Source: Neocallimastix sp. 'constans' (taxonomy: Eukaryota). From it: 64,000 nucleotides of DNA. Of the stretch, positions 43,209 to 54,936 are shown in pieces. The translations under genes and the position numbers were made by a program. Position 1 is the stretch's first letter; every line of letters starts with the position of its first letter. The DNA lies in contig JBODTK010000016.1 in the NCBI GenBank assembly GCA_050613775.1, positions 496,001 to 560,000 on the forward strand, written 5' to 3'. The notes below the pieces were generated by a model. It worked only from the letters and a program-made list of their open reading frames with translations, was not told where the DNA came from and did no database searches.

Positions 43209-45473
43209 AAGTAAATAATAAGTAAACACATAAATAAATTAAAAATTTCTTGGTTAGATTTTAGGTTTTTAAATATTAATAAATAAATATATATATAAAT
43301 AAATAAAATGAATAAAATAAAATAAATAAATAATAAATAATAAATAAATAAAAAGTTGTAAATAATAAATAATAAATGATATATAATAATTAACGGATAA
43401 TATAGAATTGATATTATAGAATAAATAAATAAATAATAAATAATAAATAATAAATAATAAATAATAAATAATAAATAATAAATAATAAATACTAAATAAT
43501 AACTAATAAATAATAGATAATAATTATCGGATAATATAGAATAGATATAACAGAATAAATAAATAAATAAATAAATAGATAAATAAATAAATAGATAAAT
43601 AAATAAATATTCAAATAATAAATAATAATACTCAATTTGTAAGAACCAAATAATTTAAATGGAATACAATTTTCCTCAAAAGGACTTGTAACCATTTTAA
43701 AAATAATGGCTGTTCAATAAATTAAAAGAAATATTATTTATTTATTTTATATTATTTTATATTATTTTATATTAAAATATATATATATAAATAAAATTTA
43801 TTCAATTATTATATATGTTTTGTAAAAAAAAATTCATATAGTAATATATTAAATTTATTATATCTTCTTTTCATTTTAATTTCATTTTGTATATAATTAA
43901 AACTTAATTATTATTATTTTTTAAACGGTTAGTATATAATAGATATATTATTTTATATTTAAAAATAGGTTTAAAGGTTACCTATTAAATTTTGAACTTT
44001 ATTTCCTTATATATTTATAACTTATATAATATATATGTTAAATACAATTAGAAAATATATTAAAGTATATTTTATAATATATAATATTATAAAATATAAT
44101 TAATAATATATATCTATAATATATTCCAGTGTAATTGCTGAAAATTTTATATTGGTTAATATATGTATCAATATATTAAATTATAATTATATAAGCCTTC
44201 TTTTTAAAATTACATATTCAATATGTCACATATATTAATACTATTAAATAATATATGTAACATATATTATATATGCATATAAATTAATTCGGATAGTAAA
44301 TTACCTTTATAATTTAAAAATTAATGACTTATATTAATTTTTCAAAAATTTTACTTTATTAATAAGTAAATCTTTGTTCTTAATATATTATTTGGCTATT
44401 AAAATTGTATTGTAAAATATATAATTTTAAAATTTTAAAAATTAAATATATAATAACATATATTAATTAAATTAATCATAATAAAAAATATATGTGTATG
44501 CATATTGATAATATATTATGATTATAACTATGGTAATTGAATGTATCAAATGATTCATATTTTTTATTTAATATACATATAATAATACATTATAATATAT
44601 TGATTATTTTAAAATAATATATTTAATTTAAAAAGGATAATATAATAAATATATGTAATAATATAATACATTTTAATATATATATACTCCATATTTGAAA
44701 GAATTCAAAAAAATATATATTATATCAAAATAAGAGAAAATAATAAATAATAGAATATTAATATAAATGTATATATAAATTAAATAATTGAAATAAAGAA
44801 TAATCAGTAAAACTATAAAACTATTTTAGATTCTACACATAATAACTAATTAAATATAAAATAATTAAAATAATTAATACTAATAATATAAATATATATT
44901 TTAATAAAATACTTTTAATTTATATTTAAAAAAATCATTTCAAAAAAAAAAAAAAAAAATTTAATTTTAAAATTCGTATATATATGACAGAGTTATTTCT
45001 TTAATTTTTTTTTTTTTTTTTGTTTTTTTTCTTTTTTTTACTGAAAGTTATTATATAATAATATTTGATTTTAATTATATTATAGATTATTATAAATATT
45101 ATTATTAAATTATATCCAGACTATAAATTATTTATTTTTAATTTTTCATTGTTTAATAAGAAAAGATATTAAATTATTTTTATTAATTTATTTAAATTAT
45201 AATTTTAAAATTTTATTTTTTGATAATATTAAGAATAAATCAAAAAAAGGTTATATCCAATTATAGATTTCAAATAGTAGAGTTTTTTATACTATATAAT
45301 AATAAAATTTTCAATATTCTATTTATTATGATTTGCATAGATGCAAAAGTAATAAGTAAAGGAATTATACACTTATATTGACAAAGAAAAAAAAAAAAAA
45401 GAAATAGTGTAAATATTAATAAAGTTACAATTATAACATAAATATTTAAAATTTATTAAAAAAAAAAAAAAAA

Positions 45474-47453
45474 ATGTCTTTTAGTAATCATATTCAACGT
45501 TCTATTTCATGTGACAATTCAAATAGTTGTCAAAAGGCTTCAACTTCAGAACAACTTAGCTCTACAGCAAAAGTGTTTTGTGAAGCTGTTAATCAAATAG
45601 TTAAATCATATTTGGTAAATTATGATGAAAATAATATTTTTCAAACTATAAATTTATCCTTTGCTCAAAAGGTAAATTTAGAAATAAGTATATATTATAT
45701 GTTATATGTTATGTGTATATAATAATAAATTTATATTTTAGATATAAAAAAAAATAATTAAAAAAAATTTTTATTTTATAAAATAAAATAATAAAAATAA
45801 TAAAATAAATAGGTAATAAAAAAGACAAAAATATCCTTTTCTCAACTTGTTGTAACATTAGTATATCTTAATAGATATTATAAATATATTACTAGTTGTA
45901 AGAAACATATACCAGGTCATAAGGAATCAGTTATTCCAACTTTATCCCATGTAGTAATTCTTTGTATAATACAAGCTGAAAGATATATAACGGATATTCC
46001 ACATAGACTTTCATGGTGGGCTAATATTTGTGCAGGTCAAACAAAATCAGTTGATATAAATAAATGGCAACGTGATTTTTTTGATACTATAAATTATAAA
46101 TTATATGTACATCCAGAAAAGGATTATAATAATTTTAAATTTCAAATTAAGCGTTTAGCTTCACGTTTATTTGAAAATTCTGTTAATATGCCAACTCAAT
46201 TTCGTCGTTCTATTAATTTAGGATCTCAGCAAACTCAATCTACTTCTTTCTCCTCTCAATCAAGTAGGATTCCATCCAAATCAAATATTATTTCCGAGTT
46301 TAACGTTAAACCTTCAATTCAACAAACAAAGGTATTATTATCCCCACTTTACAGTGGTAATTCTAAAGTTAACCCATCAATAATACTTGGTGGTAAAAAC
46401 AATATGGTGTCCTCACCATTATCTAAAATTTCTAACGACAGTAATTTTCAAAATTCAAGTTTAAATGTACCAGTATTAAATATAACTAATACAAACTTAA
46501 CCACATCACCAGTAGAAATAAATGATGATAATAATATGAATAATCAAACTCGTACTCCAACTTCTATCTACATAAATTCACAATTTGATACCCGTAATCA
46601 ATTAAATATTACTTCACTATTACCACCAACTCAAAATCCAAATAATTTAATGGTTAATACAAATATGGTACGTTCTCCAATTAAGAAGATAGTTTCAACA
46701 ACTTCATCATCAACTAGTTCATTGATAGCTTTACCAAATATTGAAAGCAGTACTAATTCTCCATCAATAAATGTTATTTCAAACCGAACTTTGACTCAAT
46801 CACCTTCTCAATATGGCATAAATAAGATTAATTCCACTGTTCAAAAGACAACATTAGTAAATTCTCCATTAGATATGACAAAGACAGAAGAAATTAACAC
46901 TATGAAGACAACTCCTCGTGTTATTAAAAGAAAAAGATCATTTTACGACAATTTCCAAATTCCATCATTGGCTGTTCATTTTTTAAAAGCTGCTCAAGGA
47001 GTAAAAAGAACAAAATTAGCAATGACAATTTCACCAGAGGAAATAGACTACCAACCAGTAACCCCTTCTTATCGCCCAATGGAAGAAAATAATAAGAAAG
47101 GAAGTGGTTGTAAATTAAATTTAGAATTTCAAAATCAAAAGCCTTTTTTAAAAGAAGATCATAAATTTTGTGGTGATGAACATTCATTTCAATCCCTGGA
47201 TAAAGGAAAAAATGAAGACACGTCTTATCAATTATCTGAAGAGTCTGTATCAACAAATGTAGTAAAGAATTCCTTTCTAAATCATTTAGAAGCTATACCA
47301 AGTTCTACTACTCAAAATGATAGGACCTATTTAATAGGTAATAATAATTCAGTTAATAATGAGGAAATTATCGTATCCTCTTTATTATTAGCTTCAAATA
47401 ATACGAATACAATAAATCTTATACCCGTATCGCCACCATTGACACCAATATAA
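45474..47453 (+). CDS. Divergent Pho80/Pcl-family (Pho85-type) cyclin with a long disordered Ser/Thr/Asn-rich C-terminus, about 612 aa
   Basis: Exon 1 is 45474-45671 (AAG|GTAAAT) and exon 2 is 45813-47453 (ATAG|GTA); they join in frame with the 421-aa ORF. The junction peptide FAQKVIKKTKISFSQLVVTLVYLNRY...HVVILCIIQAERYITDIPHRLSWWANICAGQTKSVDINKWQRDFFDTINYKLYV is collinear with the Pcl cyclin box (L..L.YLDRL...ASKYL.D....N..WA.I.G.....LN.LE.EFL..I.Y.L.V). Confidence 0.8.
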
Positions 47454-47965
47454 ATATATTAATATAGAGTTATAAAAAAAATATATGTTTATATATATAT
47501 TTTTATATTTATAAAATATACCAAAATCCTATTATATATAATATATATATATAATGTTATTATAAAAGGATTAATAATTCTTTAATAAAAATATATATAA
47601 AAATTATAAAATTTAATAACAATTTTTTTTTTTTTATTAAAAATGAAAATATTACTATTATTCTCTGTTTTAGTTTTTATTTTTTTAAGGTTTTATTTTA
47701 ATTTAAATGAATATTTTCTTTTTATTTAAAGAAAATTTAATTTAATTTAATTTAATTTAATTTTTATTTTTTTTTATTTTTTTTTTTTTTATAGATATTA
47801 AAATTTATGAGTTTATTATGTTTAATTAGAGCGTTTTTATATAATTAAGACTAATATAATATAAGTAATTGATAAAATTTATAATACTATGTTTAATTTA
47901 GAGCTTCTATATATAAATAAAAATTTTATAATGATAATAAATATTAAAATTTTATATAATTTTTT

Positions 47966-48007
<42 letters not shown>

Positions 48008-48348
48008 TAAAATAAAAAAAAAGTGTAAAATTAAAATAATAAAATAATAAAATAATAATAATAATAATAATAAAAAAAAGTGTATATTTAAAATTTAAGG
48101 TTATTTTTCATTTTAACTCTTTTTTTTTTTTTTTTTATTTTTTTTTTTTGTAAAAATTTGAAATGCTTTGTTAGTTATAAATATATAAAGATTGAACCCG
48201 TAGTTTACTATTAATTTACAAAAGAAGTTATTCTTTGATGAATAGTTTTTTTTTTTTTTTTTATTTTTTATTTTTATTTTATTTTTTATTTTTTATTTTT
48301 TATTTTATTTTTTATTTTTTATTTTTTATTTTTTATTTTAATTAATAT

Positions 48349-48383
<35 letters not shown>

Positions 48384-48451
48384 AAAATAAAAAATAAAAA
48401 AAAAGAATAAAAAAATAAAGTTAAAAAAAAAGTTCTCAATAATTGTGGCAG

Positions 48452-48650
48452 TAAAAATTATAAAAATAGTAATAATAGTAATAATAAAATTACTTGTATA
48501 ATAATAATAAATATTTTTTTATTACGATTATATAATTTTTATTTTTTTTTTTTATTTTTATTTTTTTGAGTCATTAAAAATATATAACAATAATTATAGT
48601 TAACAGTATTCTTTCTCGATTTTAAGGGATCAAAAGTAAAAATAAAATAG
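48452..48650 (+). repeat. Dispersed ~200-bp AT-rich repeat, copy 2
   Basis: Matches 17024-17232. Similarity stops abruptly after gggatcaaaagtaaaaataaaatag in both copies. Confidence 0.85.
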
Positions 48651-49024
48651 CACTATCTGTTTTAAAGATGTTAACTTCTTTGTTATATTATTTTAGATTT
48701 AACTGGTGATCATATAATATGAATACATTTCACCGAAATTTAACTTTTGAACTTATTTTTATTCTTTACTACATTAAAATTTTTATGATTAATTAAAAAA
48801 TTTGTTTATGTTTAATTTTTATTTTATTTTATTTTAATTTTTTATTTTTTTTTGTTTTGCTTGATCTATTACAAACTTTTTATTTTTATTTTTATTTTTT
48901 ATCTTTTAATTATATAATGCAATACATAAAAATATTTTAATTTAATTAATAAATTATTGAAAGTGTATTCTCTTCCTAGCCTAAAAAAAATATTGTTAAT
49001 AGTTCTAGTATCTCTAAAATAATG

Positions 49025-49060
<36 letters not shown>

Positions 49061-49063
<3 letters not shown>

Positions 49064-49274
49064 ATGCCTCGGGCTAGTACTTCAACAAGAGCTTACTATT
49101 CCGAAAATATAAGTGTAAATGAATCAGGAGCAGTTAACATTGAAAATGCCAATTAGGATAGGTTTAGTAGGAGGTCAATGCCTCTTTGAAAGGAGAAGAT
49201 CATAATTTTTTTTTTTTTTTTTTTTTTTTGTCAATTCAAACCCTAATCCTTAAGGAAGTGAGGTTGGTTGTATA

Positions 49275-49313
<39 letters not shown>

Positions 49314-49690
49314 TCTGAATTTATTTATACACTTTTTATTTTTTTGAATATTACTTTTTTTATTTTTATTTTTTTTTTTTATTTTTATTTTATTTTATTT
49401 TTATTTTTTTTTTTTATTTTTATTTTATTTTATTTTTATTTTTTTTTATTTTTATTTTTATTTTATTTTATTTTTTTTTTTTTTTTTTTTATTTTTATTT
49501 CTCGTTTCTATTTTAAATACTATTATATTATAATCTAATTGGACAAATAATTTATATTTATTTTATTTGGTTTTGTATTTTTTTTATTTTTATTTTTATT
49601 TTTTTTTTATAAAATTAAAAATATTTATGCAATTAATTAACAAATTAAAGCTCGCAATATAGTACGGCTATAAAAAAAAAAAAAAAAAAA
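49061..49690 (+). mobile_element. 5'-truncated LINE 3' end (family A) with T-rich 3' UTR and poly(A) tail
   Basis: Collinear with 55301-55680 and with the reverse complement of 58320-58700. Shared blocks: ttatgcc..gg.ctagtactt, caggagc.t.aaca.tgaaaatg, gaagga.aaga.cataattttt, tgtcaattcaaacc, gtgaggtt.gtt, tctgaatttattt, ttttgaatattacttttt, ctaattgga.aaataat. It ends in ...ggctat followed by an A-run. Confidence 0.75.
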
Positions 49691-49799
49691 TGAAACTGAA
49701 ACTGAAATTGAAATTGAAATTGATAAAGGATTTTTAAATAGCCCGGGAACAATTTTGGTTTTGGTTTTAGTTTTGGTTTTGATTTTGATTTTAGATTTT

Positions 49800-50525
49800 C
49801 GTAAACTCTGAGAAGAGTGTAATTATATAGGTTTTTATTTTAATAGATTGGAAGTATATGGATATGGATTTCATAAATCGAGAAGAGTATATTAAATTAA
49901 ATCTTTACACTTTATTAAAAAGAAAAAAAAAATTAATATGTCAGAGACATAAATTTTTTTTAAAAAAAAAAAAAAAATAAAAAGTTATTATACCTTAATT
50001 TTTTTTTTTTTCTTTTTTTTTTTTTAAGGTCCAAAAAAAAAAAAACATTATGGCTTCAGTTCCTATACATAATGCATTAATGGAGATTCTTCACTTTCGG
50101 TTAACAGAGGTATAAAGTACTCTAATTTTATTGAAAATTTAATACTTATCTTCTGAGGCTTGTGAAAGGGTTGATGGAACAATTATCGGAATCATTTAGT
50201 ATCAAAAAAAAAAAAAAAAAAAAAGATTATCCGTTCCCTTTCACCAATTTTTTTTTTTTTTTTTTTTTTTTTCACTTTGATTTGTTTATTAATGATATAT
50301 TTTTTTTTTCACTTTGACTTGTTTATTAATGATATTTTTTTTTTTCACTTTGACTTGTTTATTAATGATATTTTTTTTTTTTCACTTTGACTTGTTTATT
50401 AATGATTTTTTTTTTTTTTCACTTTGATTTGTATATTAATGACATTTTTTTTTATGAGTTATATCAAAAAAAAAAAAAAAGACCCTCAACGGTTACTGTT
50501 TATGGCTCTTATCTCATGATCTTCA

Positions 50526-50567
<42 letters not shown>

Positions 50568-51090
50568 CCAAATTGCTAGCTTTTTTACTTATCTTCAAAT
50601 ATAATATTTTTGTAAAAAAAAAAAAAAAGTGAAAAAATACAAAAATGTTATTTATCATTAAAGATCTCCTATAAACTATATCCCTTTCATGCCAGATTAT
50701 TTTTGGCCAAAAAAAAAAAAAAAAAAAATTCACTAGTTGCTCAACAAGAAAATTATTAAAAAAGTATATCATTAAATTCAAAGAATGCTATTGAATCTTT
50801 ATTGGTCTGATGTAGCTAAATTCCAAGGAATTAATGGAAGGAATTACAATAAAACTTCAAATTTATAAATACTAGAAATCTATTCAAGTATTCAAGCTCA
50901 GCCTTGAATACTCTTATTTAAATATTTAGGTTTTTTAATTGGATCTTAAGATTAAGAGCTGGTTATAAATACCATAGCCCTATTATTACAATTAGAAGTG
51001 GTGGAGTTTCTGACGATTGTTCTAAATTCTGCCCTTGCTGTGGAAATGGTTATGATCCATCTTTTCTCCATTGGATATTTTGAATGCTCT

Positions 51091-51140
<50 letters not shown>

Positions 51141-51504
51141 CTCTATGTCGATGTAAATTTTTTTTTTTTTTTAGATTTTATTAATGTACCTTTTTCATTT
51201 TATTTACTAATAAAGTAAAGGGATTTTTCCTTACTTTTTTTTTTTTTTTTACCTATTCCGGTTTTCTAATATTTTAGAATGTGAAAATTTTAATAAACAG
51301 GTATATTTATATATTCCTTCGTAGTGGAATTTCAGCTTTAGATGAGCTACCATTCGATTCCTGGGGAAACGGAGACATTTTAAGTGAACAACTCCTAAAT
51401 AAAGAGTTCAAAAGGGTCTACTGTTTTCTGTATCTATGTGGAAGGGTTAAGGAATATCTTGCTTAATATAATACCAATCATCAGTAGCATAGCTCTCTCT
51501 TGAG

Positions 51505-51547
<43 letters not shown>

Positions 51548-51809
51548 CAATTGCGTAATACTTTTACATTCCTTTATTTTCTTTTTTTTTTTTTTTTTTT
51601 TTTTTAACATTCCTCTTCTATCAGCGAAATGGTCGCGATTGCTCAAGTGAAAGTGGGGCATTTCACCATGTGGGGTATTATTAAAATGTTGAATTTCGCC
51701 AAGATCACATTTTTGGATAATTGAAAATTATTTGGAATAAATGAATAAATGAATAAATGAATAAATAAATGAATGAATGAATGAATGAACGAATAAATAA
51801 ATAAATAAA

Positions 51810-51840
<31 letters not shown>

Positions 51841-51860
51841 ATAAATAAATAAATAAATTA
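49800..51860 (+). mobile_element. Degraded 5'-truncated non-LTR retrotransposon ORF2 (end of RT through the CCHC zinc knuckle) with a simple-repeat tail
   Basis: EECNYIGFYFNR at about 49810 resembles the RT Y.YLG motif. FNWILRLRAGYKY...SDDCSKFCPCCGNGYDPSFLHWIF-EC at 50935-51088 contains a C-x2-C-x8-H-x4-C knuckle (counted from the first C of CPCC, across a frameshift). LLNIIPIISS follows at about 51460. The element ends in (GAATAAAT)n(GAAT)n(AAAT)n(AACT)n. Confidence 0.8.
50271..50450 (+). repeat. ~36-bp tandem repeat x5 inside the LINE relic
   Basis: Unit ttcactttga(c/t)ttgtttattaatgata followed by a T-run of variable length. Confidence 0.9.
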
Positions 51861-52369
51861 AAATATTACTAATATTTATGATTTTATTTATTTTTTTTTT
51901 ATAGTAAAAATTTAAATATTAAAAAAAAATATTAAAATAATATTAAAATAATATTGACCATTAAATAAAATATTTTAAATATATGGGGATAGTACATTTT
52001 TGTAATGTGGCATATTTTCGTATATGGCTTATTTTTTAATAATTAAATAAATAATATTCAATTGTAAAAGTAATTTTTTATAATTCTTTTTTTAATAGAA
52101 GATATTATTATTTCTTTTGAAATAATTATTTAAATAATATTTAATTATAAAAATATATTATTATTTCTTTTTAAGATAAAAATGTATATTTAAACTCTTA
52201 TTCATATAAAAATATTAAAAAATTTTTAAACAATTATTTTAGTTAATTAAAAAAATCCAATTCACTGATTTTTTTTTTATTAAGAATTATTTTAATTGAA
52301 ATTCGACAAATTTTATTAATCATTTTCATTTGGTCATTTTTTACGTTAAATATTAGCTATTTATTTTTT

Positions 52370-52713
52370 AATTAATAATTTTAATATTTAAAATCTCTTA
52401 AACACTTTAACCATAATTCAACGAATTCATTTTTTTTGTAATATTTAATTAAGACATTTATTTCATCAGTTCATCTTATTTTTTTTTTCAAAGCTCCATT
52501 TTTTCTCAGTTTGTAATCATCAGAGAATAATGAATCTACTTTTTGTAAAGTTAATAAAAATTTATAAAAATGAGGCTTTTTTTGAAAATAAATTGTTTAA
52601 ATAATTGTTGAATGATTCTGAGGTATTTATTTGTTATATACTCTATATTATCATTATAATTCCAATGTTTAATTTTATAATTTTTTTAAATAAGTTATTT
52701 CAAAGTATTCTAA

Positions 52714-52744
<31 letters not shown>

Positions 52745-53812
52745 TTGTCATATTTATGTTCAACACACTCACTTTTAATTTTATTATAAATTTCATTTAT
52801 ATATTCAGGGTTTATAAAAGAAAAGTTTGAAATACACTTATAATTAATATATAAATCAAATATTATTTTCTACTTCTTTATTACATAATTATTATTATTA
52901 TTATTATTATTATTATTTTTTTTTTTTTTTAATTTTTAATGTTCTTTTATAATGCCAAGTAAAGTATTTGATATTTATATCAGGAAACACCTTTTATTAG
53001 CAGCATTAGAAATACCTTTTTCAAAATCACAATGAAATTTTTTTTAGTGTGATAATAATACTATTATTCTTTTCGGCTTTTTTTTTTTTTTTTTTTTTTA
53101 TTTATTTCTTTAAATAACACTTCATAAGTTCTTTGCTCTTTATTTTTTAATATTGAAAAGGAAGTAGTGTAAAAACTATTTAATTCTTTAACATAAGTTC
53201 TAGTAATGAACACTTGATAACCACATTTTGGTGAAATTTTAAATGTATCATCTACAAAAAATATCTATATAATATTACATAAATAATCTTGCTTGGAATG
53301 ATGATTGAAAAATAATAATATTAGAATTTTTGAATATCATAAAATTTTTCATTTCTTTCTTGTTTTATAATATTTTGATTCATTCGGAATTATATCAAAT
53401 GTTGTTACGTCTGGAGGTATTTCTTGTTATTTGAGATCTTATTGTATCATATTCAGGACACAAAACCCCCCCACTTCTTTCGAAATTTCATTAAATATTC
53501 GCTTTGGTCTTATATCAAAAGTGGGGTAAATTTTTTCTTATTTTTTCTTAAATACTATGTTTTGTGATTGATATAGATACATCAAGATGATTATGTAAAT
53601 CTTCATACTTTAGGATCTTCTTCTTATAGTTTAAAAATAATAAAAGATTTACATTTACATTTATTTTTTTGTTCTGTACTTAGTGCATCGATATACTTTT
53701 GAATTATTTTTTCTTTAAAGTTGAAAAATTAAGTTTAAATTTTCTATTTATCTTAATTTGTTCTTTTCCTCTATTAGTTTCACTAAATTCAATTTTTTAG
53801 ATTTTCATCCAT
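52370..53812 (-). mobile_element. MULE/Mutator-superfamily transposase pseudogene
   Basis: Frameshifted translation: MDENLK-IEFSETNRGKEQI...YRC...KCKSFII...HNH (FLYWCH/WRKY-like zinc finger); DIF-VDDTFKISPKCGYQVFITRTY...FSILKNKEQRTYEVLF; FHCDFEKGISNAA..VFPDINIKYFTWHY; HWNY...TN..SESFNNYLN. These correspond to the D(G)TF, DFE, C..H and TNN..ES.N motifs of MULE DDE transposases. Confidence 0.9.
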
Positions 53813-54413
53813 ATTGATATTAATTTTAATAATAAATTTAATTATAAATTTTTATTAATATTATTACTTATTCATTATTTTAATGTAACCTTTATAACAA
53901 ATATATAAAGTATTTATAATTGTATATTTTACTTTTAAATGTTTAAAAAATAAAGTATTTATTTATTTAATTATTTCTATTATTTCTATTTATTTTGTTC
54001 TATTTATTTTGTTCTATTTATTTTTTTTTTATTAATAATTTAATATTTATTTATTTATTTATTTTTATTTTATTTTTATTTTTATAAACCTTTATAAATT
54101 GTTTAAAAAATATTTACTTAGCTATTTATTATTTATTTGTTTTTATTTAATAACTTATTCTAATTAATATGTGTTTTTAAAGTAAAATATATATATATAT
54201 TATTATTTTTATAAATATATTTATTTCTTTATTATTATTATTATCATATATTTAAATATATTTATTATTTTTTATTTTATTTTTTATTTTTTTTAATTAT
54301 ATATTTAAATATATTTATTGCAATTTTTCTTTATTATTCAATTATATATTTAAACATATTTATTTAATTATAAATTTAATTATTTAATTATTTATATTTA
54401 TTTATGATTGTAT

Positions 54414-54415
<2 letters not shown>

Positions 54416-54450
<35 letters not shown>

Positions 54451-54848
54451 TTCCGGTGTGTACCGCCCTATGCTCCCACAAGACATGGGAATATTAAGGT
54501 AGTCACAACACTTTGTGGATATAGTCCCTACTGGACAGCCTTACTATTTATCCAGCATTGGCGCTCTAACCATACATTTTATTACTGAGATTTTCTAGCA
54601 CGATTTTTCTCAGAACTCCCTATAAGTGAGGCTAGAGTAACCTAACCCAATTGAGTCACGTGCTAGCCCACTTTGGTAATAGTATTTAGTTAGCAGATTG
54701 ATTATTCGTAGTTTAGCTACGTGTATATGAACCTATATGCTAGGAATTCCCTCGTAAGTATATTAATGACAGTTACTAGTGCAACCCTCTCGGGCCCACT
54801 GTTAGGACAGTATCTAGTCTATATTACTCCGGAAGTGCAACTCTCCCT
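54416..54848 (-). mobile_element. Structured, poly(A)-tailed non-coding element (SINE-like, or the 3' UTR of a retroelement)
   Basis: About 400 bp of GC-richer sequence with no long ORF. The T-run at 54416-54448 is a poly(A) tail on the minus strand. Several hairpins are present, including GCCC-GAGA-GGGU and a terminal CGGU-ACAC-ACCG. Confidence 0.5.
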
Positions 54849-54902
54849 GTTCAGGTAAGGTGTTTTTTTAAAAAATGGAAAAACTCGAAAATATATTATC
54901 TC

Positions 54903-54936
<34 letters not shown>

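Noticed and set aside
12489..43695. Many short F/I/Y/L/K/N-rich ORFs in the track (e.g. 15584, 17765, 24105, 27633, 35719)
   Set aside because: Expected by chance in AT-rich low-complexity DNA; no domain-like content and no splice-consistent partner exons.
46924..47256. 110-aa antisense ORF
   Set aside because: It is a shadow of the cyclin coding strand.
50271..50450. CRISPR-like array
   Set aside because: Units are head-to-tail with only T-run length variation; there are no unique spacers and no cas genes.
54517..54528. GATATAGTCC resembling the group I intron S element
   Set aside because: No upstream GACTA (R) partner or P/Q elements on that strand.
54638..54648. TAACCTAACCC as a possible telomerase RNA template
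   Set aside because: Not a clean CCCTAA repeat, no other supporting elements, and the element looks retroposed from the opposite strand.
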